From contig CABYTF010000002.1 of NCBI GenBank assembly GCA_902521725.1, forward strand, positions 56,171 to 120,170: 64,000 bases of DNA, given 5' to 3'. The notes under the pieces were generated by a model. That model was not told the origin of the DNA, ran no database searches, and was given only the letters and a program-made list of their open reading frames with translations. The stretch comes from an uncultured Gammaproteobacteria bacterium. GTDB taxonomy: Bacteria; Pseudomonadota; Gammaproteobacteria; GCA-002705445; GCA-002716945. The position numbers and the translations under genes are program-made. Shown piece by piece: positions 43,899-51,993 of the stretch (position 1 is the stretch's first letter; each line of letters opens with the position of its first letter).

Positions 43899-44249
43899 AT
43901 CAATAAAACACTTATATACCACAACCCTCGATGTAGTAAATCTAGAAAAGCTCTTGAGCTTTTAATCAATAATAATATAAAGGTCGACATTATACTTTAT
44001 CTAAATGAACCTTTGTCTAAAAAAAATCTATCAGAGATTATTGCCATATCATCTCTTCCAATCAGAGCTTTCATTAGAAGCAATGAATCTGAATATAAAG
44101 AAAATAATTTAGATAATACAGCACTTACAGATAATGAATTATTAGACTTCATAATAAGATTTCCAAAAATTTTACAACGTCCAATCATTAAACATCACAA
44201 TAAGGTCGTTATAGCTAGACCACCTGAAAATATTTTGAATATTATATAA
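43899..44249 (+). CDS. arsC: glutaredoxin-type arsenate reductase family protein (ArsC/R773 type) with no canonical start codon
   Basis: The frame is open from the guaA TAA (43893-43895) and reads RINKTLIYHNPRCSKSRKALELL...IRAFIRS...LQRPII...IARPPENI. It is collinear with E. coli ArsC and keeps Cys12 and the three Arg equivalents. The first ATG/GTG/TTG (44013) would delete the catalytic Cys. ATC 43899 sits 6 nt after GGGAG. Confidence 0.65.
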   Translation: MNKTLIYHNPRCSKSRKALELLINNNIKVDIILYLNEPLSKKNLSEIIAISSLPIRAFIRSNESEYKENNLDNTALTDNELLDFIIRFPKILQRPIIKHHNKVVIARPPENILNII

Positions 44250-44258
44250 CTTCTGAAG

Positions 44259-44287
44259 TTGTATTAGCCGGTTAGATCATATAGAAT
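44259..44287 (+). promoter_or_regulatory. candidate lexA promoter
   Basis: -35 TTGTAT (44259-44264), a 17-bp spacer and -10 TAGAAT (44282-44287). The predicted TSS falls at about 44294, inside the first repeat of the operator. Confidence 0.4.
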
Positions 44288-44289
44288 AT

Positions 44290-44308
44290 GAGAACTTATT
44301 GAGAACTT
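44290..44308 (+). promoter_or_regulatory. candidate LexA operator: direct repeat GAGAACTT-N3-GAGAACTT (GAAC-N7-GAAC)
   Basis: 8-mer at 44290-44297 and again at 44301-44308, 11-bp phase, ending 1 nt before the lexA ATG. Confidence 0.5.
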
Positions 44309-44309
44309 T

Positions 44310-44912
44310 ATGACAGACTACCCATTATTAACCAACAAAGAGCAAAAAACCTATGAGTTTATTGAAAAATATTCAAAAAAATATGGGAAACATCCTTTAT
44401 TAAATGAAATTGCAAAAGGAATAGGAATAAGTTCAAAAGGTGTTGCGCATCGATATGTTAAGGCTTTAGAGAAAGCAGGAAAACTAAAAAGAATATCGAA
44501 CAAACACAGAGGGATGACTCTGCAAGAAGAAAAATCTATATTTTTAAAATCATTAGGGAAAATCGCTGCCGGCGGACCAATAGAAGCGATAACTGATCAA
44601 CAAAGAATTGAGCTCGAATACTTATTTACTAACAAGAGATCATATGCTTTAAAAGTAACAGGGGATTCAATGATCGATGCAGGCATATGTGATGGAGATT
44701 GGGTAATCGTTGAAGAAGGAACAAAGCCCTATAAATCAAAAGTACACGTAATTTTAATAGATAATCAAGATGTGACATTAAAATTTATTGAGAAAATTAA
44801 TCCAAAAGAAATAAAGCTGGTTCCCGCAAACAAAAAGTTCAAAGAAATTATTTACTCAGTTGAACGAGTCTCTATTCAGGGACATGTAGTTGGACAAGTA
44901 AGAATATATTGA
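44310..44912 (+). CDS. lexA: LexA repressor
   Basis: 200 aa. N-terminal wHTH, cleavage site IAAG-GP, catalytic Ser in GDSM, Lys in TLKF. Confidence 0.93.
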   Translation: MTDYPLLTNKEQKTYEFIEKYSKKYGKHPLLNEIAKGIGISSKGVAHRYVKALEKAGKLKRISNKHRGMTLQEEKSIFLKSLGKIAAGGPIEAITDQQRIELEYLFTNKRSYALKVTGDSMIDAGICDGDWVIVEEGTKPYKSKVHVILIDNQDVTLKFIEKINPKEIKLVPANKKFKEIIYSVERVSIQGHVVGQVRIY

Positions 44913-46127
44913 ATGAATAAAAAAGTATTTATTCATGTTGATATGAATGCCTTTTTTGCATCAATTGAGCAGCGGGATTTTCCTGAATTACTAGGAATGC
45001 CAGTAGCAGTAACGAATGGAAGCCATGGATCTTGCATTATAACCTCTTCATATGAAGCAAGAGCATTTGGTGTTAAAACTGGAATGAGACTTCGTGACGG
45101 AAAAAAAATATGTCCTCATTTAATACAAAGACCATCTAGACCAAATATATACGCTAACACATCAGCTAATATCATGGATATTTTACAAACTATTACTCCT
45201 GATATTCAAATATATTCTGTAGATGAAGCTTTTTTAGAGGTAACGAATTGCATGAGAATCTATAAGGATGTAAATACAATTGTTTATAAGATCAAAGATT
45301 TAATATATTCATCTGAAAATTTAAAATGTTCAGTTGGGGTATCATATAGTAAATCATTAGCTAAATTTGCTTCAAAATTCAACAAACCAGATGGGATTAC
45401 CTTAATTACTCGAAAAAATTATCATCAATATTTAGATAATGCTCCTATTAATAAATTATGTGGAGTATCGAAAGGAATAACAAAATTTTTAAATATACAT
45501 GGAGTGTATAAATGTTCTGACATGAAGAAAATTCCCATTAGTATACTTTCAAATAGATTTGGTAATATTGGAAGAAAGATATGGCTTATGGCAAACGGGA
45601 GTGATTTTGAAGGTCTTACGCTAGATCCAGTACATCCAAAAAGTCTTGGTCATGGCAAAGTTTTGATGCCAAATACAAAAGATCGATATTTGATAAAAAA
45701 GACTTTTTTAAAGATGTCGGTTAAATTATCAAGACGATTACGCAATTCGGGGTATGAATCAAATAAATTTCTAGTTAGTATTAAGATCAAAGCAGGTTGG
45801 GTTCAAAAGAAAATTAAGCTCGAGTATCCTACATGTGATCAATTTGTTATATATAGTTTTTGTAAGCTATATTTGGGGCTCATTGATAAAAATGTCGGCG
45901 TTTACCAGATCCAAGTAACAGCCATTAATCCAACACAAAAAAATATCCAAAATGATCTTTTTGGTTCACAAACCGAAGAAGGTAATTATATGGATGTAAT
46001 TGACAGTATCAATCGAAGATTTGGACAGGATATTGTAAGACCTGCGCGTTTAAAATCTGATATTAACGATAGTCCTGATGTTATTGCGCCTGCTTGGCGC
46101 CCAAAAGGATATAGGAAATCTGTATAA
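44913..46127 (+). CDS. dinB: Y-family DNA polymerase (Pol IV/DinB-like)
   Basis: 404 aa. Catalytic motifs HVDMNAFFASIEQ and SVDEAFLEVT. ICPHL...RPS resembles DinB. QNDLF clamp-binding-like motif. ATG immediately follows the lexA TGA. Confidence 0.88.
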   Translation: MNKKVFIHVDMNAFFASIEQRDFPELLGMPVAVTNGSHGSCIITSSYEARAFGVKTGMRLRDGKKICPHLIQRPSRPNIYANTSANIMDILQTITPDIQIYSVDEAFLEVTNCMRIYKDVNTIVYKIKDLIYSSENLKCSVGVSYSKSLAKFASKFNKPDGITLITRKNYHQYLDNAPINKLCGVSKGITKFLNIHGVYKCSDMKKIPISILSNRFGNIGRKIWLMANGSDFEGLTLDPVHPKSLGHGKVLMPNTKDRYLIKKTFLKMSVKLSRRLRNSGYESNKFLVSIKIKAGWVQKKIKLEYPTCDQFVIYSFCKLYLGLIDKNVGVYQIQVTAINPTQKNIQNDLFGSQTEEGNYMDVIDSINRRFGQDIVRPARLKSDINDSPDVIAPAWRPKGYRKSV

Positions 46128-46132
46128 AAAAA

Positions 46133-46160
46133 GGCCGAAGGGGGTAGATTCGGCCTTTCA
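46133..46160 (+). terminator. rho-independent terminator after dinB
   Basis: GGCCGAA-gggggtaga-TTCGGCC followed by TTTCATT and preceded by an A-run. It is a GC-rich island in AT-rich DNA. Confidence 0.7.
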
Positions 46161-46183
46161 TTAAAGGGGTGGGGATATGACAT

Positions 46184-47320
46184 GTGTCTGTATCCTGTCT
46201 AAAACATTATCTTAATAATATAGACATGTCAATAATAAATATGAACAAAAACTATACAAAGTTACTAAAAAGTGTTATTGTCTGTCGAAAATTAGACAAA
46301 ACTTTGACAAAAACGATGGAAAGTATAATAATTGACAACAATGAGAGCGAAAAGTCTCCTAACGGCCTTCAAATGAAAGAAGATTTATCTGCGAAACCTA
46401 GACATCTTATCCAAGTCGTGAATCGAAGAACAGGGTTGAGTTCTGATGTGATTCGAGTCTGGGAGAAAAGGTATCAAGCAGTTGTCTCTCATAGAAATGA
46501 TACCAACCGTAGGTTATATTCAGACAAAGATATAGATAAATTGACACTACTCAAGAGAGCTATAGCTGCAGGAAGGAGGATAGGCGACATAGCTGCATTG
46601 TCCTATGATGATCTATTCGAGTTGGTGATGGGTGATGAATCGAGTTCTGCGGTTGGCTATAAAAGACCGAGTACTGGAACTATAATGGAGTTATTTGATG
46701 AATCTGTCTCATGTGTAAAAGAGATGAATAGTTGGAAACTAGATAATGTTCTATCAAATGCTGTTGCTGTTTTAAGTACGAATGACTTTCTTATCGAATT
46801 TATAAAACCTCTAACTAATTACATCCACGATGAATGCTCAAGAGGCAGTATAAGATATGCCCAAGAGAAAATGTCAAAGTTATGTATTAGAACTTGCCTG
46901 AATAATTTGTACTTACGACTTCGCTCATCAAAAGAGGATTGTCCAAGACTAGTGATTGCATCACTCTTGTCGGAGCACGAGAGTCTTGACACTATTATGC
47001 ACTTAATAGTTGCACAAAATGTAGGCTGGGATATTACTTATATCGGTAATGGAGTTCCACATGATGAGATCACCTATGCAGCCTCAAATGTGAGAGCTCA
47101 ACTAGTTGTGTTAGCGGTTAATAATCAGAGAGATATTGCGAGAAAAATTTATGAAATTAAACATATCCGAGACAACGCAGAAAAAACCGAAGATATCATC
47201 CTAATTGGCCGTCAGTGTAATGAATTTAGGCAATTAACTAATCAATTGAATATTAATATTGCAAACGACTTAACCAGTTTTAGATTAACGCTTGAGAGAT
47301 TATATAGTTTAATCAGATAG
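46184..47320 (+). CDS. MerR-family regulator with C-terminal CarH/LitR-like (B12-binding-domain-like) module; start uncertain
   Basis: MerR HTH is IQVVNRRTGLSSDVIRVWEKRY...NRRLYSDKDIDKL. The C-terminal RLVIASLLSEHESLD...GWDITYIGNGVP...LVVLAV aligns with the CarH Rossmann-like B12 domain as I remember it. Alternative starts ATG 46316 and ATG 46373 would place the HTH near the N-terminus. Confidence 0.7.
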   Translation: MSVSCLKHYLNNIDMSIINMNKNYTKLLKSVIVCRKLDKTLTKTMESIIIDNNESEKSPNGLQMKEDLSAKPRHLIQVVNRRTGLSSDVIRVWEKRYQAVVSHRNDTNRRLYSDKDIDKLTLLKRAIAAGRRIGDIAALSYDDLFELVMGDESSSAVGYKRPSTGTIMELFDESVSCVKEMNSWKLDNVLSNAVAVLSTNDFLIEFIKPLTNYIHDECSRGSIRYAQEKMSKLCIRTCLNNLYLRLRSSKEDCPRLVIASLLSEHESLDTIMHLIVAQNVGWDITYIGNGVPHDEITYAASNVRAQLVVLAVNNQRDIARKIYEIKHIRDNAEKTEDIILIGRQCNEFRQLTNQLNINIANDLTSFRLTLERLYSLIR

Positions 47321-50041
47321 TGTTTCTTTGAGACTCCTCAAGGATAAAATATCGTTCTCTATTTTTGCTTTATTAGAAATGTTTTGATTAATAATGTCAC
47401 TGGGCGCTTTCTCAATGAATTTCCTATTGTTGAGTTTTTGATCAATTTTATTCACTATACTCCCAAGGTCAGTAATTTTTTTATCAATCTTAATCATTTC
47501 CTCATTAGCATCAATCATACTTTTTATTTTTAAATACAAAGTATAATCATCATCTATAAGATCGATGAAATCTAGATTTTCTTCTTCCTTGTCTACAATC
47601 TCTATTTTTATATTAGTCATATTATTAATTAATTCAGAATGCTCTTTTACATCTTTGATTAGATTAGGTTCATTGATATATATTCTTACACTAATAATTT
47701 CTTTGGGATGTATACTCAGCTCGGCACGAATCTTCCTAATTTTCTTGATTATATCCCTAATATTTTCGACTCTTGATTCAACGTCATATTCTTTTGAAAT
47801 CCTTATTTGTGAAGGAAACCTGCTGTTTATTAGCATTGGTTCTGTGACAAAGCCTTTATTATAAAACTCTTTCCATATGTCTTCTGTGATAAACGGAATT
47901 ATTGGGTGGCATATCTTAATGATTCGCACTATAGAAAATATGAGATTATTTTGAGTAGTTTCATTATTATTATTTTTAGCTATCTCCAAGTACCAGTCGC
48001 AGTATTCATTCCACACAAAGTCATAAATGCTATTAGCCATTAAATCAAACCTATAATTTGTCGTATATTTTTTAAAATCAGCTACCATGCTATCAAGTTT
48101 GTATAAAATCCATTTATCAAAAATATTTGAATCTTTAGAATTTAGATTCTCTCTATATTGGTAATCTTTGCATGTTAGTAGTATAAATCGCGATGCATTC
48201 CATATTTTATTGCAGAAGTTTCTATAACCTTCAATTCTTTTTAGATCAAAATTAATATCTCTCCCGGTAGAGGCCATTGCACAAAAATTAAATCTAAGTG
48301 CATCTGCACCGAATTCTTTTATGCCATCAGGAAAATCTCGTTTTGTCTTTTTGATGACGTTTGATTTATGTTTATCATTTATTAAGCTAGATGTCCTTTT
48401 TTCCAACAACTCATCAAGAGATATACCTTCAATAACATCCAATGGGTCAATCACATTACCAACTGATTTTGACATTTTTTTGCCTTCAGAGTCTCGAACT
48501 AGGCCATGTATGTAGATTTTATTAAAAGGTATGTTCTTAGTAAATTTCAAACTCATCATGATCATTCTTGCAACCCAGAAAAAAATGATATCAAAACCAG
48601 TAACAAGTAAGTTAGTAGGGAAGTATTTTTGAAAGACAGCATCATCTTTTCTCCAATCAAGTGTAGAAAAAGGCCATAGCGCTGAGGAGAACCATGTATC
48701 CAAAACATCATTATCTTGAGATAAACTGACTGTATCTGATAAGTTATGTCGCACACGAACATCTTGCTCATTATTACCAACATAAACATTTCCCTCAACA
48801 TCGTACCAAGCTGGAATTCTGTGTCCCCATACAATTTGTCTGCTAACACACCAGTCTTCTATATTTTCAAGCCAATTAAAATATATTTTTTCCCAATGTT
48901 CAGGTACAAAATTTACTTTTTTATCTTTAACTACTCTAATTCCCTCTTTTGCAAGATCATTCATATTCATAAACCATTGATTTGTAAGAAGCGGTTCGAT
49001 TATCTCACCTGTTCTCTCACCAACAGGGACGGTATTCTTATACGGAACTTTCTCTATGAAAACTCCAAGATTCTCTAAATCTTTAAGTAGATCCTCTCTG
49101 ACATCATGAATGTCTCTCCCAATGTATTCTTTTGCAACATTCTCATTTAATTTTCCATCTTTATTAAGAATATTGATAAATTCAAGATCATGCTTTTTAC
49201 CAATCTTGTAGTCATTGAAGTCGTGTGCTGGTGTGATTTTAAGACAGCCCGTGCCAAATTCCACATCGACTATATCATCACCTATTATAGGGATTTCCCT
49301 ATCTATCATAGGTAATATTATTCTTTTGCCTATCAAGTTGTTATATCTTGTATCAGACGGGTTAACACAAACAGCAGAATCACCAAAGAATGTCTCTGGT
49401 CTTGTTGTAGCAACGATGATTTTATCAGTAGAGTCTTTAACTACATATTCAAGATGATAAAGAAAGCCCTCTCTCTCCTCATTAATAACCTCCAGATCAG
49501 AAATCGCACTCTGAAGTTTTATATCCCAATTGATAAGTCGATTACCTCTGTAAATTAATCCATTATTGTATAAATCTATGAAAATGTTTCTCACAGTTTC
49601 TGACAGTCCATCATCCATAGTAAATCTATTCCTAGACCAGTCTGCAGATGAGCCAATTCTTTTTGTTTGACTGATAATAGTATTACCTGATAATTCTTTC
49701 CACTTCCAGACTTCATCAATAAATTCCTCTCTACTAAGAGTCTTAGGATCGATGCCAGAATTACGGATTCTATTCTCAACAACAAGTTGTGTCGCAATAC
49801 CCGCGTGATCTGTTCCAGGTTGCCATAATACGCTTTTTCCAAGCATACGATGATATCTAACTAAAACATCAATAATTGTATGTTGAAATGCATGACCCAT
49901 GTGAAGAGTCCCTGTTACATTAGGAGGTGGCAAAACAATTGAAAATTTTGAGGCGGAATCCTTTGGCAAAAAGCACTTATGTTTCTCCCATGATTCGTAG
50001 ATTCTCTGCTCGATGTCTCTAGGCTTATATTGCTTATCCAT
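47309..50041 (-). CDS. valS: valyl-tRNA synthetase
   Basis: 910 aa. HIGH-type PNVTGTLHMGH, KMSKS, C-terminal coiled coil. Confidence 0.97.
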   Translation of the reverse strand: MDKQYKPRDIEQRIYESWEKHKCFLPKDSASKFSIVLPPPNVTGTLHMGHAFQHTIIDVLVRYHRMLGKSVLWQPGTDHAGIATQLVVENRIRNSGIDPKTLSREEFIDEVWKWKELSGNTIISQTKRIGSSADWSRNRFTMDDGLSETVRNIFIDLYNNGLIYRGNRLINWDIKLQSAISDLEVINEEREGFLYHLEYVVKDSTDKIIVATTRPETFFGDSAVCVNPSDTRYNNLIGKRIILPMIDREIPIIGDDIVDVEFGTGCLKITPAHDFNDYKIGKKHDLEFINILNKDGKLNENVAKEYIGRDIHDVREDLLKDLENLGVFIEKVPYKNTVPVGERTGEIIEPLLTNQWFMNMNDLAKEGIRVVKDKKVNFVPEHWEKIYFNWLENIEDWCVSRQIVWGHRIPAWYDVEGNVYVGNNEQDVRVRHNLSDTVSLSQDNDVLDTWFSSALWPFSTLDWRKDDAVFQKYFPTNLLVTGFDIIFFWVARMIMMSLKFTKNIPFNKIYIHGLVRDSEGKKMSKSVGNVIDPLDVIEGISLDELLEKRTSSLINDKHKSNVIKKTKRDFPDGIKEFGADALRFNFCAMASTGRDINFDLKRIEGYRNFCNKIWNASRFILLTCKDYQYRENLNSKDSNIFDKWILYKLDSMVADFKKYTTNYRFDLMANSIYDFVWNEYCDWYLEIAKNNNNETTQNNLIFSIVRIIKICHPIIPFITEDIWKEFYNKGFVTEPMLINSRFPSQIRISKEYDVESRVENIRDIIKKIRKIRAELSIHPKEIISVRIYINEPNLIKDVKEHSELINNMTNIKIEIVDKEEENLDFIDLIDDDYTLYLKIKSMIDANEEMIKIDKKITDLGSIVNKIDQKLNNRKFIEKAPSDIINQNISNKAKIENDILSLRSLKETLSD

Positions 50042-50474
50042 GATATTTTTTATGATTTAGATTAAAATTGTTATTTTTATAAATCTTATACTTTTTTCTA
50101 CTAATAATTTTTTTCTCTTCAGAGCTTTCTACAAACTCATACACATTAAAATGATTTTCAGCTTGAATAATAGGTTCGTCAAGATTATTTATTATCGAAT
50201 CATACTCTTTGAATATTAACAGATTATCTAAATATTTTTCAGTTAAAAGAAGAATTGGAGTATCCAGTGTAGCTCTCGGCTCATAGATTTTATGAGGTAG
50301 AAAACTATTTTGTTCAAAGGTCCAGAGTAATTTGTTAATTTTTTCTAAATTAGAATGAGAATCATAGATTATAATTTGTCCACTCAACTTATATAATTCT
50401 CTAATAAGAGTGCAGATAGATAAGTGAAGATCTTGACTTTTTTCTAGTGAGTAGAAATTTACTGTCGATTTCAA
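50034..50474 (-). CDS. holC: DNA polymerase III chi subunit
   Basis: 146 aa in the pepA-holC-valS order of E. coli. LLWTFEQNSFLPH resembles chi. Confidence 0.8.
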   Translation of the reverse strand: MKSTVNFYSLEKSQDLHLSICTLIRELYKLSGQIIIYDSHSNLEKINKLLWTFEQNSFLPHKIYEPRATLDTPILLLTEKYLDNLLIFKEYDSIINNLDEPIIQAENHFNVYEFVESSEEKKIISRKKYKIYKNNNFNLNHKKYHG

Positions 50475-50475
50475 T

Positions 50476-51918
50476 TTATTTATTTGTCATGACAAAATCA
50501 GTTAGAAGTTTGACAGGTCTGCCAGTTGAACCTTTGTCTTGACCTATCTCCCATGCTGTACCTGCAATATCTAAGTGAGCCCATTTTTGATCTTTTGTAA
50601 AAGTAGCTAAAAAAGCTGCTGCAGTGATTGCTCCCCCATATCTACCGCCTATGTTTTGAATATCCGCAAAATTTGTTTTTATCTCATCAAAATAGTCTTG
50701 ATAAAGAGGTAGCTCCCATACACGATCTCCAGTGTTATCTGCTGATTTTTTTATTTTGGAGCTAAGCTCGCTGCTATTTGAGAACAATCCAGAAGGATAT
50801 TTCCCCAGACCCACGAGACATGCGCCTGTCAATGTTGCCATGTCTAAAATATACCTTGGTTTATATTTTTTACAAAATGTAAGTGCATCGCATAAAACTA
50901 ATCTTCCTTCAGCATCTGTGTTTAGAATTTCAATTGTTATTCCCGACATGCTTGTTACCACATCACCTGGGCGGGTAGCTTGACTTCCCGGCATGTTCTC
51001 TGCGCAAGCAAGAATACCAATGACATTATTTTTTAAATTCATTTCTGCACATGCTTGCATAGTACCTATCACAGATCCAGCTCCAGACATATCATATTTC
51101 ATCTCATCCATATTTGCTGAGGGTTTTAAAGAAATTCCTCCTGTGTCAAAGGTTATACCTTTTCCAACCAAGACAATGGGTTGTTTTTTCTTGATGGGAG
51201 TATATTTGATGATTACTAGTTTAGCTGGCTGCTTACTTCCCTGAGAGACAGATAAAAGTGAACCCATTTTAAGTGATCGCATTTGTTTTTCATCTAAAAT
51301 TTCAACTTTGATACTTTTATGTATTTTTTCGAGTTTTTTCGCTTCTTTTGCTAAAAAAGTCGGGTTACAAACATTCGAAGGTGTGTCACCAAGCATTCTA
51401 GCTTTATTTATTCCATTAGATACTGCAATCGATTCTGAAATAGTTTTGTTAAACTGTCTGTCATTTAAAGCAGATGAAATTTTCAATGCACATATTTTTA
51501 GTTCTGAAGTGGTAGTTCCTTTATATGAATACTGTGATTTCTCAATTTCTATGATTGAGGCATTTATAATATCAAAGTTCTTTATTTTGAGATTTGTTAG
51601 ATCAATAGAAATAGTAGATATCTTATATGAATTTATCTCTTTTAGAGCTGCCTTAAGATTTTTTTCAAATCCTTGTATTGTTAACTCGCTTTTATTACCT
51701 AATCCAATAAAATAGTAGCTGTTATCATACATTTTACTCGCCAGCATATTACGCACTCCTGACTTACCTGTAATAACTTTATTTGATATAGACATCTTTA
51801 TATCATCGGAAGCTGGACCTTTATCAACAACTCGATTAATAGACGCCAGGTTGTCCTCAAATACGAAAATGATATTTAGGTCATATTTTTTGCTTTTGTC
51901 AAATTTGGTGTATTTCAT
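50476..51918 (-). CDS. pepA: leucyl aminopeptidase
   Basis: 480 aa. M17 motifs VGKGITFDTGG and NTDAEGRLVLCD. Confidence 0.95.
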   Translation of the reverse strand: MKYTKFDKSKKYDLNIIFVFEDNLASINRVVDKGPASDDIKMSISNKVITGKSGVRNMLASKMYDNSYYFIGLGNKSELTIQGFEKNLKAALKEINSYKISTISIDLTNLKIKNFDIINASIIEIEKSQYSYKGTTTSELKICALKISSALNDRQFNKTISESIAVSNGINKARMLGDTPSNVCNPTFLAKEAKKLEKIHKSIKVEILDEKQMRSLKMGSLLSVSQGSKQPAKLVIIKYTPIKKKQPIVLVGKGITFDTGGISLKPSANMDEMKYDMSGAGSVIGTMQACAEMNLKNNVIGILACAENMPGSQATRPGDVVTSMSGITIEILNTDAEGRLVLCDALTFCKKYKPRYILDMATLTGACLVGLGKYPSGLFSNSSELSSKIKKSADNTGDRVWELPLYQDYFDEIKTNFADIQNIGGRYGGAITAAAFLATFTKDQKWAHLDIAGTAWEIGQDKGSTGRPVKLLTDFVMTNK

Positions 51919-51993
51919 GATATTTCCATATAATAAAGTTATAATAAATAATAAATTAGATTAACATTTTTATGTGATCATGTAATTACTACA

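Noticed and set aside
43784-44188. Two minus-strand ORFs (43784-43990 and 43997-44188) opposite the guaA end and the arsC-like frame
   Set aside because: The plus-strand frame gives a full-length, motif-complete ArsC alignment. The minus-strand translations have no recognisable features.
46304-46329. Perfect -35 TTGACA (46304-46309) paired with perfect TATAAT (46324-46329) upstream of the MerR-like gene
   Set aside because: The spacer is only 14 bp, too short for sigma-70. The alternative -10 AATAAT at 17-bp spacing is retained only as a hypothesis in the findings.
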